DNA from: Eledone cirrhosa | Lineage: Eukaryota | DNA length: 64,000 bases | Assembly (NCBI GenBank): GCA_964016885.1 | Contig: OZ024756.1 | Coordinates: forward strand, 19,902,001 to 19,966,000 | Direction of reading: 5' to 3' | In this document: one piece after another, positions 12,669-26,006 of the stretch | Layout of the letters: each line of letters begins with the position of its first letter | How positions within the stretch are numbered: position 1 is the stretch's first letter | Translations under genes and position numbers: made by a program | The notes under the pieces: model-generated | The model's database searches: none | What the model was told of the DNA's origin: nothing | What the model saw: the letters and a program-made list of their open reading frames with translations, nothing else

Positions 12669-13481
12669 CAGGGTTGAACAACATATTCCATTGGTGGGCC
12701 ACTTTTGAACATTGGAACACCTATTAGGGTCATTAATATTTATTAAGTACTATTCCAAAGATTCACCAAAACTTCTTTTCATAACATGGAACTGGGAAAT
12801 TATAACACACATAACCTTATCAGTGAAGCCCTTTAGTATAGGTCAACTGGGAAACTATAACACACACAACCCTATCAGTGAAGCCCTTTATTATAGGTCA
12901 ACTGGGAAATTATAACACATATAACCCTATCAGTGAAGCCCTTTAGTATAGGTCAACTGGGAAACTATATCACACATAACCCTATCAGTGAAGCCCTTTA
13001 GTATAGGTCAACTGGGAAACTATATCACACATAACCCTATCAGTGAAGCCCTTTAGTATAGGTCAACTGGGAAATTATAACACACATAACCCTATCAGTG
13101 AAGCCCTTTAGTATAGGTCAACTGGGAAACTATAACACACACAACCCTATCAGTGAAGCCCTTTAGTATAGGTCAACTGGGAAATTATAACACATATAAC
13201 CCTATCAGTGAAGCCCTTTAGTATAGGTCAACTGGGAAACTATAACACACATAACCCTATCAGTGAAGCTCTTTAGTATAGGTCAACTGGGAAACTATAT
13301 CACACATAACCCTATCAGTGAAGCCCTTTAGTATAGGTCAACTAACAGAAAATTGTATTACAGTTATGATAAAATTCTAAATATGTTAACAAGGTAAAAA
13401 TTAAAAACGGTCATCGCAGGCCACTCTGACTGGTCTGGTGGTCCAGATTGTGGCCCACGGGCTGCCTGTTGCATGACCCTG
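12669..13481. mobile_element. hAT (Charlie-like) MITE with internal 55-bp tandem expansion
   Basis: CAGGG...CCCTG termini with an 8-bp TSD CATTAGAT on both sides. Confidence 0.8.
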
Positions 13482-14179
13482 CATTAGATATTTGAATAAA
13501 GAGACAGGCTGTTTATGGCTAGAATGTTTCGGACCATAGGTCTCAGCTCAATCAGAATTGTCCTGGGGTTAAACAGCAGGAACTAATCGTTATCATCCTT
13601 TATGAATACTGCTTACCTCTAACATAAGCATACATTTAGAACCCTCCAAGTAATCATTTGACTTACTAGAAATAGCAGCCACATCTCTTTTATATCACAA
13701 CTGACCGTCTTATAAAAAAAAAATGATACATTAGATAATGTAGTCTTAGATAAAATAAAATTGAATGTTTTTCAGCTGGAATATATGTAATTATGTGTTT
13801 ATTTGATCAAAACTGACCTGAGGCTAAACGGCTAGACATATGATTAAAACCATTCCAATCATGGACATCCAAATTTAGTGTTATCTATTATATAATTAAA
13901 TTTACATTAAATCTTAATTGTTAATATATTAATTACTCATATTCTTGGTGATTTCTCATCATTAAGATTGAATCAAAGTGTGATATGTTACTATGTTAGA
14001 CAGTAATTATATATTTGATGGGTGGAATGTGAATTAACAAACGAAATATTTGTGGAGGGAGAAGTTTTAGGCATCTCTCCATCCTTCCCACCCTTCATCC
14101 ATGTCCCTACACCCCTACTCTTCTACAGATAAGTGCTGCACACTAGATTTACCCAACCAATCTTCATGTACACCAGCCC

Positions 14180-14720
14180 CCAGACCACCCTGTAAAGTGG
14201 TCGTGTAGATGTCTTGACAAAAAGCATCCAGTCCACACTGTAGAGTGGTCATGGAGGTGTCACGACAAAAAGTGTTCAGTCCACACTGTAGAGTGGTCAT
14301 GTAGGTGTCACAAAAAAGCATCCAGTCCCCACTGTAGAGTGGTCATGGAGGTGTCACGACAAAAAGTGTCCAGTCCACACTGTAGAGTGGTCATGTAGGT
14401 ACCACCACAAAAAGCACCCAGCCCACAGTGTAAAGTGGTCATGTAGGTGCCACCACAAAAAGCACCCAGTCCACAGTGTAAAGTGGTCATGTAGGTGCCA
14501 CCACAAAAAGCACCCAGTCCACAGTGTAAAGTGGTCATGTAGGTGCCACCACAAAAAGTGTCCAGTCCACACTGTAGAGTGGTCATGTAGGTGCCACCAC
14601 AAAAAGCACCCAGTCCACAGTGTAAAGTGGTCATGTAGGTGTCAGAAGAAAGAGCATCCAGTCCACACTGTAAAGTGGTTGTATAGGTGTCACAACAATA
14701 AGCACCCAATCCACACTGTA
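14180..14720. repeat. 48-bp tandem repeat, about 11 copies, running into a SINE 3' end (14725-14865)
   Basis: gtggtcatgtaggtgccaccacaaaaagcacccagtccacagtgtaaa. Confidence 0.9.
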
Positions 14721-15151
14721 TATATGGTTGGCATTAGGAAGGGCATCCAGCTATAGAAACCAAGCCAGGAGCAGTTCTGTATGGTCATCTGATCTGGCTC
14801 ATCTCATAGTAGGACAACTCATCTAACCCATGCTAGCATGGAAAAATGGACATTAAATGATGATAATAGACTAATTTGCCTAAGAAAGGTCGCAGGGTGT
14901 CTGTGATATTACTAGTAAAAAGGTTACCTGGAATGGGATAGATACTGCAAAGACTATGTTGAAAAATAAATCTCATTTGGTCATTCCATGAGAGTATCTT
15001 GGTCAGCCTATGAACTTTTCTGCTAACTCTCATACATACATACATACGCACACACTCACACATATATATAAATTCATTCATACACACACATACACAGTGT
15101 TGTTTTTACTCTTTACCTTCATTTTTTTCCCTTCTTTTCCAATAATTCCAG

Positions 15152-15373
15152 GACTACATTGCTTTGATTGAGAAACTTCCGGACTACAACAAACCTTCTC
15201 TGTTTGGTCTTCCTGAGAACATTGAACGTTCTTCTCAGAAGACTATCAGTGACAATGTTATCTCTCAGCTGAGAATCCTGATGAGATCTGACATCAAAGG
15301 CAGTAAATTTGACAAGGAGGTGTGGTCTTCTGAACTGAGTCCAATTCTCAATTTGTGGAAGAAGCTTAACAAA
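15152..15373 (+). CDS. DYNC2H1: DYNC2H1 exon (DYIALIEKLPDYNKPSLFGLPENIERSSQ...SKFDKEVWSSELSPILNLWKKLNK)
   Basis: Pyrimidine-rich ttccAG acceptor and GTAAGT donor; 222 nt, phase 0/0. FGLPxNI and ELSPxLNLWKKLN motifs of the dynein-2 C-terminal domain. Confidence 0.95.
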
Positions 15374-15389
15374 GTAAGTTACTTTCTTA

Positions 15390-15795
15390 TTTATCTCCTA
15401 ACATTCTGTCGTGATTTGGTAGAAAATATCTAAAAACCAGTTTGTTAATACAAATGTTTATAGTATCTTCACTAATGGACAGATTGTTGTGAAAATTTAC
15501 AGTATTGTCTCTCAACATTCTGTCGTGATTTGGTAGAAAATATCTAAAAACCAGTTTGTTAATACAAATGTTTATAGTATCTTCACTAATGGACAGATTG
15601 TTGTGAAAATTTACACTATTGTCTCTTAACATCCTGTAATGATTTAGTAGAAAATATCTAAAAACCAGTTTGTTAATACAAATGTTTATAGTATCTTCAC
15701 TAATGGACAGATTGTTGTGAAAATTTACAGTATTGTCTCTTAACATCCTGTAATGATTTAGTAGAAAATATCTAAAAACAAGTTTGTTAATACAA
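15390..15795. repeat. 114-bp tandem repeat, about 3.5 copies
   Basis: tagaaaatatctaaaaaccagtttgttaatacaaatg... The last copy is cut off at the dynein terminal segment. Confidence 0.92.
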
Positions 15796-15935
15796 CTGAC
15801 CACATCTCTCTATCGTTGTACTACAGTTCTCAGAGAGACCGTGTGGTCACCTATTTGGACTTGCCTTGCACCACATCTAATCCTGACCACTGGCTGCAGT
15901 GTGGAGCAGCAATATTTCTCAAATCCAACACCTAA
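15795..15935 (+). CDS. DYNC2H1: DYNC2H1 terminal coding segment (TDHISLSLYYSSQRDRVVTYLDLPCTTSNPDHWLQCGAAIFLKSNT*), 5' end missing
   Basis: Matches the remembered dynein-2 C-terminus (ISLPVY..ERDRVV..DVPC...WIQCGAALFLK) and stops at TAA 15933-15935. Begins abruptly against a 114-bp tandem repeat with no acceptor. AATAAA motifs near 16855-16865 are possible poly(A) signals. Confidence 0.88.
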   Translation, partial: TDHISLSLYYSSQRDRVVTYLDLPCTTSNPDHWLQCGAAIFLKSNT

Positions 15936-17451
15936 TAGGAGAAAGTAGGGAAGGAGTTGAGGGAGGAGCTAAGGAGTGAAATAGAGGTTGGGGAAGGGAA
16001 TATCATGGTACATGAGTAACACATGTGTAACATAGAATGTCACAACTGTGTCACTGCATGTCACTGCCGTGTCACATGTGCCATAGTATACCATTCTACA
16101 ATGTTATTGTACAGCGCCATACTATATCACGTGTGTGTCATGTGTCACAATACCCTGCTATATTTTATTATCTCTGTGTCACAATATACCACTTTATCTG
16201 TGTCACAGTGTGTCACATCTGTGTCACTATATCATATCACACATGACAAAAGTATTACATATGTATTGCAATACAAGTAGAATCACATCTGTAGATCTAT
16301 ATATCTGTACATCTATATATCTGTACAGCTATATATCAGTACCTCTGTACATATGTACATCTGTACATCTATATATCTGTGCATCTATACATCTGTACAT
16401 ACATACATATATATATATATATATTTGTACATCTATAGATCTATATATCTGTACATCTATATATATACATCTGTATATCTATATATCTGTACATCTGTAT
16501 ATCTATATATCTGTACAACTATATATATGTACATCTGTATATCTATACACCTGTACATCTATACAACTATATATCTGTACATCTATACAACTATATATCT
16601 GTACATCTATACAACTATATATCTGTACATCCACACATATGTACATCTATATATATGTACATCTATACAACTATATATATGTACATCTATACATCTGCAC
16701 AACTATATATCTGTACATCTATACATCTATACAATTACATATCTGTACATCTATACTATATATCTGTACATCTGTATATCTATACATCCACACATCTGTA
16801 TATGTATACAACTATATATCTACATCTGTACATCTGTATATCTGTGCCAACATTAAATAAATAAAGACTACCACCACTGGTCCACTTTCCAAAATGTTAC
16901 AACTGTAACATTTTCCCTTTGTTTACTGTATTATACCAGTTAATGTTATTGCTGTTGTTATTTAGTTAGGGAAGAAAGAACGATTATTTAGTTAAAGATC
17001 TGAGAATATATATTTTGTCAGTTTACTGGGGTCTTCTCCCTCTTGACACAACCAAATCCGTCCAAAGAATAAATAAAAAAGTATCTTCAGAAATAGATAT
17101 CATTTGTTTGTTTGTTGGTTTTTATTTTGAAACTGTTATATTTTGTTTTTCTGTTGTTGTTTTTTAAGGCGAGGGGTTGTTTTCTATAGAAGGGGGGCAG
17201 GGAGTGTTCTTTAATTTTTGTTGTTCTCTATTTTTGTGTGTGTGTGTGTGGGGGGGGGGGTCTTTATTTTTTGGGAGTGGGGGATTGTTTTCTCTTATTT
17301 TTTACCACTTAGACAGGATGAAAGTAGCACTCATAACTGAGACTGGTGGAAGACAAGGATGAAGATATTTTCAATCTGAATGTTTATGATAGGGGAGACA
17401 GCCAGGAGCTTGGTGCTCCATGCTGGTGTTAAACTTGGCAACAATCACAGA

Positions 17452-17667
17452 TTAACCCTTTACCATTTAAACTGGCCATATCTGGTCAGAATTCTTTCAC
17501 CTCTTTCTGTTGAAATCGGCTGTAACTGGCCACTCATACTGATGTTAATGTATTTTTTCAAAATAAGTATCAAAATTTCATAGATTCAATATTATGTGAG
17601 GAAAAGCTTTACCATGAAAATATAACAGTAAATATAATAGTGAGTAATGTAAATGTTAAAGGATTAA
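17452..17667. mobile_element. piggyBac-type MITE; related copies at about 780-1258 and 49842-49980
   Basis: TTAA|CCCTTTA...TAAAGGA|TTAA; internal gatattatgtgag...gtaaatat shared among the copies. Confidence 0.55.
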
Positions 17668-17819
17668 GTCTAGTGGCTAAAAAGGTCAGAGAGGGATTTT
17701 AACTCAGAACTTAGGTTTAGGTTTTCAATGGGATTGAAAACATAAACCTAAGCCACACTGTAAAAAGCCTTTAATAATAGATCTGTTCCATAAAGTCTAA
17801 AGTCTAAACCTGTCTTGAG

Positions 17820-18335
17820 CCAGGAAGATCATCAGGCTGGTGTTTATCCTGGTTTTTGTAGCATTAAGTGACTTAGAGGACAAGACTTCTCCTTGGATAG
17901 GACGGCAGGCCATTGCAGGGTTAAACCCCCAGCCATTGCTGGTACTCATTTTCAGCTGAGTATACTGTAGTAATGTGAAATGAAGTGTTTTGCTCAAGAA
18001 CACAACACGCAACCCAGTCCAGGAACCAAACCGACGCCATTATGATTGTAAGTCCAACACCCTTACCACTAGGCCACATGCCTCCACTGAGTATACTGGA
18101 GCAACGTGAAATAAAGTGTTTTGCTGTTCATTAAGGTCACTTGGACAGGACGGCAGTCCTTCGCAGGGTTAAACCCCCAGGTATTGCTGGTACTCATTTT
18201 CAGTTGAGTATACTGTAGTAATGAGAAATGAAGTGTTTTGCTCAAGAACACAACACACAACCCAGTGTAAGAATCAGATCCATAACATTATGATCGTAAG
18301 TCCAACACCCTGACCACTAGGCCACATGCTCCCAC
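17820..18335 (-). mobile_element. Duplicated tRNA-headed SINE of another family; relatives at about 26580-26880 (+) and 36550-36845 (-)
   Basis: Two copies of ctaggccacatgc...cttgagcaaaacacttcatttc; the minus strand starts tggcctagtgg (A-box-like). Confidence 0.6.
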
Positions 18336-18541
18336 TGAGTATACTGGAGCAACATGAAATGAAATGTTTTGCAGTTCATTAAGGCCACTGTTCCATCAAG
18401 ACTGGTTTGTAATTAAACAATGGAGCAACAGCAATGCTGTACCATTTTAATCTGGTTCCGTATTGTCTTAGCTATTATTACCATTCTGCAGGGCCAACTC
18501 GTTAGTAAACTTCTTTGTTAATTTAATAATCTAATAAAAGG

Positions 18542-18581
<40 letters not shown>

Positions 18582-18621
18582 GATATTAAATAAATGGAAA
18601 CTATATTTATAAAACCATATT

Positions 18622-18686
18622 TATTTCATTATACATATTTCAGGGATACCAAATTAAAATATGGTATGCCTTCATCAGACAAAATA
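18622..18686 (-). ncRNA. Type-I hammerhead, same family as the 41.9-kb copy
   Basis: Minus strand reads tattttgt-CTGATGA-aggcatacca-loop-tggtatccct-GAAA-TATGTATA-atgaaata. Next to (TA)n at about 18545-18580. Confidence 0.75.
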
Positions 18687-19375
18687 CAATATATAAACAG
18701 TTTTATAAATAATTTTGACGTACCCTATTAGATGCAACCATTATTTTTGGAAGCTGTCTGGATATATCATCATCATCATCATCATCATCATCAACGTTTA
18801 ACGTCCGTGTTCCACGCTTGCATGGGTTTGGACGGGGGTAGTCCCACTTGAGGCAAGAGTGATTGTCTTGCTCGCATAGGACTGTCTGGCAGGTTTTCTA
18901 CAGTTGGATGCCCTTCCTAACACCAACCACATTTACAGTGTGGGTCTGGGAGGTTTTTACCGTGTTGCCTACACGGCCACATTACAGCGTGGACTGTGTG
19001 TTTTTTTGTCGTGACACCTACACGATCTCATTTGTTTCGGCCTGGATGGTGTGGCACCAACACAACTTTACATAGAACGGGGTGGCGTGGATGGGTTGGG
19101 GGTGGTGGGACGGGGGGGGGGTATTTTGTTAGAGATGCCTACTGGCTGTAGTAGGTTTTACTATGTATTTAGGTAAGGCGGGTCTTCTCTGTTACTGATA
19201 TATATATAAATGGCTCAGTAAACATTTATGGATGCTTTTAGCATTGTCTGCTTCAGTTAATGTGACTAACAGGAGAACAATCAGGTGTGAACATAAGAAT
19301 CGACTACCATAGTTGTTTAAATGGATTGTATTGACGCCAGTGGAACATTGTTTAAATGTTTCATAAATGGCTGTG

Positions 19376-20930
19376 GCTATGTGTGTGTGTATGTATGTGT
19401 ATGTATGTGTATGTATGTGTATATGGATTGTATGTATACCAATGTATGTGTATGTATGTGTCATCATCATCATCATCATCATCTTCGTTTAACGTCCATT
19501 TTTCACGCTAGCATCGGTTGTATGTGTATGTATGTGTATGTATGTGTATGTGAATTGTATGTATACCAATGTATGTGTATGTATGTGTATGTGTGTGTAT
19601 GTGAAGTGTATGTATACCAATGTATGTGTATGTATGTGTATGTGAATTGTATGTATACCAATGTATATGTATGTATGTGTATGTATGTGTATATGGATTG
19701 TATGTATACCAATGTATGTGTATGTATATGTCATCATCATCATCATCATCATCATCTTCGTTTAATGTCCATTTTTCACGCTAGCATGGGTTGTATGTGT
19801 ATGTATGTGTATGTGAATTGTATGTATACCAATGTATGTGTATGTATGTGTATGTGTGTGTATGTGAATTGTATGTATACCAATGTATGTGTATGTATGT
19901 GTATGTATGTGTATGTGAAGTGTATGTATACCAATGTATGTGTATGTATGTGTATGTATGTGTATGTGAATTGTATGTATACCAATGTATGTGTATGTAT
20001 GTGTATGTATGTGTATGTGAATTGTATGTATACCAATGTATGTGTATGTATGTGTATGTGTATGTGAAGTGTATGTATACCAATGTATGTGTATGTATGT
20101 GTATGTATGTGTATGTGAATTGTATGTATACCAATGTATGTGTATGTATGTGTATGTGAATTGTATGTATACCAATGTATGTGCATGTATACCAATGTAT
20201 GTGTATGTATGTGTATGTATGTGTATGTGAATTGTATGTATACCAATGTATGTGTATGTATGTGTATGTATGTGTATGTATGTGTATGTGAAGTGTATGT
20301 ATACCAATGTATGTGTATGTGAAGTGTATGTATACCAATGTATGTGTATGTATGTGTATGTATGTGTATGTGAATTGTATGTATACCAATGTATGTGTAT
20401 GTATGTGTATGTATGTGTATGTGAAGTGTATGTATACCAATGGATGTGTATGTATGTGTATGTATGTGTATGTGAATTGTATGTATACCAATGTATGTGT
20501 ATGTATGTGTATATATGTGTATGTGAATTGCATGTATACCAATGTATGTGTATGTATGTGTATGTATGTGTATGTGAATTGTATGTATACCAATGTATGT
20601 GTATGTATGTGTATGTGAATTGTATGAATACCAATGTATGTGTATGTATGTGTATGTATGTGTATGTGAAGTGTATGTATACCAATGTATGTGTATGTAT
20701 GTGTATATATGTGTATGTGAATTGCATGTATACCAATGTATGTGTATGTATGTGTATGTATGTGTATGTGAATTGTATGTATACCAATGTATGTGTATGT
20801 ATACCAATGGATGTATATGTATGTGTATGTATGTGTATGTATGTGTATGTGAAGTGTATATATACCAATGTATATGTATGTATGTGTATGTATGTGTATG
20901 TGAAGTGTATATATACCAATGTATGTGTAG
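19376..20930. repeat. Compound (TATG/TGTG)n minisatellite with an ataccaatg spacer
   Basis: Direct inspection. Confidence 0.92.
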
Positions 20931-20982
20931 ATTTATGTGAACACCTGGGTCGTTTTTTTATATCGAGCTCTGCCTGTATTTT

Positions 20983-21058
<76 letters not shown>

Positions 21059-21234
21059 CAGTATTAGCTCATCAAAGCTTTATATCGTAACTTTATTGCA
21101 GATTGAATAATGAATAAATGAATTTATGTGTTTGTATATGTGTGCCTATGTGTACATGCATTCATGCATGTATATGCATGAATATATATACATATATATG
21201 CATGTTTATGTATGTGTATATATATATATATATG

Positions 21235-21273
<39 letters not shown>

Positions 21274-21290
21274 GTTTATATATGTATGTA

Positions 21291-21335
<45 letters not shown>

Positions 21336-21371
21336 GTTTATATATGTATGTATATATATATATATATATAT

Positions 21372-21417
<46 letters not shown>

Positions 21418-21474
21418 GTTTATATATGTATATATATATATATATATATAAATATATATATATGCATGTTTATG

Positions 21475-21542
<68 letters not shown>

Positions 21543-21875
21543 CCTGTTTATGTATGTATATGTGTATGTGATGTTTGGTCTCACATGTACATGACCATAT
21601 AACCTGACTGCTACATACATGTATATTATATTTAACATCGGACTAAATACTTTATATCGAGCTGTTCTCTCCATAGCCAACACATTTGTTATTCTCTTCT
21701 CTTCTATTAAAGGAAAGATAATAAACTAAATAATAAAGAAATCTTTTTGTTCCATTCCATTACAGCTCCGGTGAAGAAAATAATAATAATTTCTTTATTA
21801 ACCAGAAAGGGTTTACAAAAAAAAAAAAAAATACATTAAGGAAGCACAGGGGGTGTATGAGATGGTGCAGTAATG

Positions 21876-22398
21876 GTTTCTGATTTAAGCGCAAGGCCAG
21901 TAATTTTTGGGGGTTGATTAAATTTTGGGGGTTGATTAAATTGACACCAGTGCATTACTGGTGCTTTGTTTCATCGACCTCGTCAGGATGAAAGGCAAAG
22001 TTAACCTCAACGGGATTTGAACTCAGAATATAAAGGGCCGTAACTCAATGCTACGCAGCAATTTTGACCGATGCTCTACCGGTACTGACAATCTGCCGTC
22101 CGAGTAGTAATAATAATAATTATAATGATAATAGTAACGATAATTGTTTCTACTTTTGGCACAAGGCCAGCAATTATCCCAGTGTTGTTTCTACTTTAAG
22201 CACAGGGCCAGAACTTTGAAAGGGAGGGGAAAGTCGATTAAGTCGGCTCGTGTATTGCTGGTGCTTTATTTGATCAACCTCGTAAATCCGGGGAGGGGGG
22301 AGGGGGAGGGATTTGAACTCAGAATGTAAAGGGCCATAACTCTATGCCGCTAAGTATTGTGTCCAACGCTCTACTGATGCTGCCAATCTACCAACCTC

Positions 22399-22431
<33 letters not shown>

Positions 22432-22578
22432 TGTTTCTATCTTTGGCACAAGGCCAACAATTATCCCAGTGCATTACTGGTACTTTATTTTATCGACCTC
22501 GGTCAGAATGGCAAGGGCCGTAACTCTATGCGTCAAAGCATGGCGTCCGACCCTCTACCGATACTGCCAATCCACCGC

Positions 22579-22580
<2 letters not shown>
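21876..22580 (-). mobile_element. Cluster of three SINE copies separated by (TAA)n
   Basis: Repeated ggcacaaggccagcaa...gatttgaactcaga units. Further copies at about 10050-10230, 26925-27185, 31915-32035, 46838-46930, 54918-55100 and 55225-55370. Confidence 0.75.
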
Positions 22581-22624
<44 letters not shown>

Positions 22625-22628
<4 letters not shown>

Positions 22629-22990
22629 CTTTCTTTATTTATTAACCACAAGGGTTTACATAAAGTAGACATTAAGGACAGTACAGGACAATACAGGACG
22701 GTACAAATGGGCATTTCTGCGTGTAAAAAAAAACAGCGGATGTAATAAAAAATAACAATGAAAAATTCCCCAATAGGGGGGAGACTTCCGAGGGACATTT
22801 GTGGAGAAAGCCCATTAAAAGGCCACAGTGACCCTGACCACCAAGGCAAGTGCCCTCTCCCAGTTTTCCACCTTTAATTTACAGACACATACTCAGAGTA
22901 GGCCCATTCACTCGGGCCATTCTTGCTTCTCTCACCCATCTTTCAACAAAATGCTGGGAAGAGAGCACTTCCCTCTCTACCCTGATTTTC
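22625..22990 (-). mobile_element. L1/Tx1-like LINE 3' end; related segment at about 23025-23170
   Basis: Ends ...FVERWVREARMARVNGPTLSMCL*, then 3' UTR, AATAAA and a (TAT)n tail. Confidence 0.45.
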
Positions 22991-24112
22991 CTTTTCAAAT
23001 AATAATAATAATAATAATAATAATTTCTTTATTAGTTACACAGGGCTTACATTAAGAGGACAATCTCTAGGACAGGTGCCCTGTTCTAGTTGTCCTCCTC
23101 CAAACTACAGGTGCACACTCATAGCGGGTCCATTCATTCGGGTCATGTTCACCTCTCACCCGCCTTACAACAACCAGGTGGTGGTGGTGATGGTATGGTG
23201 GGGATGTTAGATAGAGTAAAACAGAAAACAAATCAACATAAACAAGGAAGGATCTCTTTCTTACCCCCCCCCCCTCCTCTCTGGGAGACATCGGTTCTAT
23301 TCAAACCTGGAGAGGGGGATGGGTTCCACCAGATGTTTAAATATACCCGTGGCTAGGCAGTACAGGATGTAGGTAAAGCTCTGAGATGTCTACGAAACTT
23401 AGTGTTTTGAAGGCATGCGACTAATACTATGTATATATATATATATATATACAAATATAAATTAGCGAGAATCGTTTTCAGCTCAGGAATTAACGAAAAT
23501 CAACGTCCGATATGTGTGGCAAGCGCTCGATGAATCATATGAATCAGAGCTACAACATACGTTAAGGGCCAAACACACTGAGATGATGGTTAAACATATC
23601 ATCCGCACAGCCAAAACAAACGACCAAGTAATTCGGGTCAAACAATAAAAATATATGTGTTGATACTTTCCCGGACCCTGGACTGATGGTAAAATCCAGT
23701 ATTGGTTTCTGCGACTCCAAAATCAGGTACTGTCCGCCTACATAAAGAATGTTGGGCTTCTGGTGAGATGATGAACAAGGAAGTCGTGTTATCAACGGGT
23801 TTTTGCTACAAGATGCTATAGATAGTGTGGCTATTACTGACCCCTCGTGGGATTCAGCAAGGAGGCAACACCTCTATTAAGCGAATGATTCAGTTGTGTA
23901 TTATTGCGAGAATGCAAAATATCACAAATCGATATATATATATATATATATATTTGTTTTGCAAGGTTTTTGATATGAAATCGTGTGTCGAAACAAATAT
24001 TGTTATACTTGGGATAGACATACAATACAACAGGAGGGAACATAATAGTACCACTGATGATGTTGCAGATGTGCAACGAAAGAACTTTGATAGACTATAT
24101 ATATATATATAG

Positions 24113-24151
<39 letters not shown>

Positions 24152-24152
<1 letters not shown>

Positions 24153-24329
24153 GTTATTCCGGGTTGAATCGGAGGTAACCACAGTAAGTAAGGTACTCAA
24201 TACATTGCAGAGTATAAAAGTTTTAATATAGATGAGATTCTACAGGACTAGAACTGTTTCATTCTTTAGAAATCATCAGGATTCCTCATGATTTCTAAAG
24301 AACGAAACAGTTCTAGTTCTATATTAAAA

Positions 24330-24332
<3 letters not shown>
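24152..24332. mobile_element. Short fold-back element with a hammerhead-like core on the minus strand; sister copy at about 24622-24800
   Basis: Arms around tcatcaggattcctcatga. Minus strand reads CTGATGA-tttctaaagaat-GAAAC...GTC. Flanked by (TA)n. Confidence 0.55.
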
Positions 24333-24417
<85 letters not shown>

Positions 24418-24584
24418 CTGTATTTTTAACGGCTGGTCAATCAACGATAAACGTTGATTGCAAATAAATTAACTATGGAGATATAAAAGATACAGAGGCG
24501 AAACGAAAACCAACCAAACAGTGAGAGTGTGTTCTGTTATTATTTCTGGCAATAGTATTACAACAATATGATCCTCCCCAAGTA

Positions 24585-24625
<41 letters not shown>

Positions 24626-24797
24626 GGCTATTACAGGACTATAACTGTTTTATTCGCATGAAATCATCAGGAATGTACATTTCAGATGATTTGGTACGAA
24701 TGAAACACTTCTAGTCCTGTAGATGCCATTTCTATATTAAATAATGTCTACACTCAACTAATATATCTTGTACCTTTTTCCTAAGATTACCCCCAAT

Positions 24798-24857
<60 letters not shown>

Positions 24858-24858
24858 A

Positions 24859-24941
<83 letters not shown>

Positions 24942-25346
24942 ATCCTGTATTACTCATCCGACAAGACTCATCACCTAGCCATAATAAAGGACATTTAAAC
25001 TCTACTTAGATAGAGTAGTCATTCTCACGTCCATCAACATATATGTTATAACATATAAAGGTTACCATGAACACTACATTGGCCAAACAGGTCTGACCTG
25101 TAGACAAATGATGACAGTTCACAGTCAACAAATTAGCAGACCTGTCAAGTCGCCCCTCACGTCCGATGGGGAGATCTCCCACCCACTTTGGAGTGAGTGT
25201 GATATGTCTTCTCTTGTGAAAAATGGGTATAGCTTGCTTTCCTTATGTAAAATCTCCCATTTTGCCTCCTTTTTTTCCCCTTCTGGGACATTTTTTATTT
25301 ATGTTACCTCCTCCCTCCATTTGGGTTTTTAGAGGTTGGCAGGTCT

Positions 25347-25813
<467 letters not shown>

Positions 25814-25949
25814 ATATATATATATATATTCTTCTCTAAGTTTATCATATTATTTCTGGTATAAAAACGCTGAGAGTTGGTGAAATAAATCACTGCCACT
25901 ACTGGAATTGAATAATCAAAACCGTAGCGGTATGTCGCATATCAAATCT

Positions 25950-26006
25950 TATATTTTGTCTGATGAAAACACCATTGTACCTTTGAAATATGTATAATAA
26001 AATATA
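25950..26006 (+). ncRNA. Hammerhead with degenerate stem II, 41.9-kb family
   Basis: tatattttgt-CTGATGA-aaacaccattgtaccttt-GAAA-TATGTATA-ataaaatata. Confidence 0.6.

Noticed and set aside
24046-24098. CTGATGA-t-gttgca-gatg-tgcaac-GAAA hammerhead-like motif
   Set aside because: Stem II is good, but there is an extra base after the core and no valid stem III/NUH or clean stem I. Possibly a decayed or variant copy; not called.
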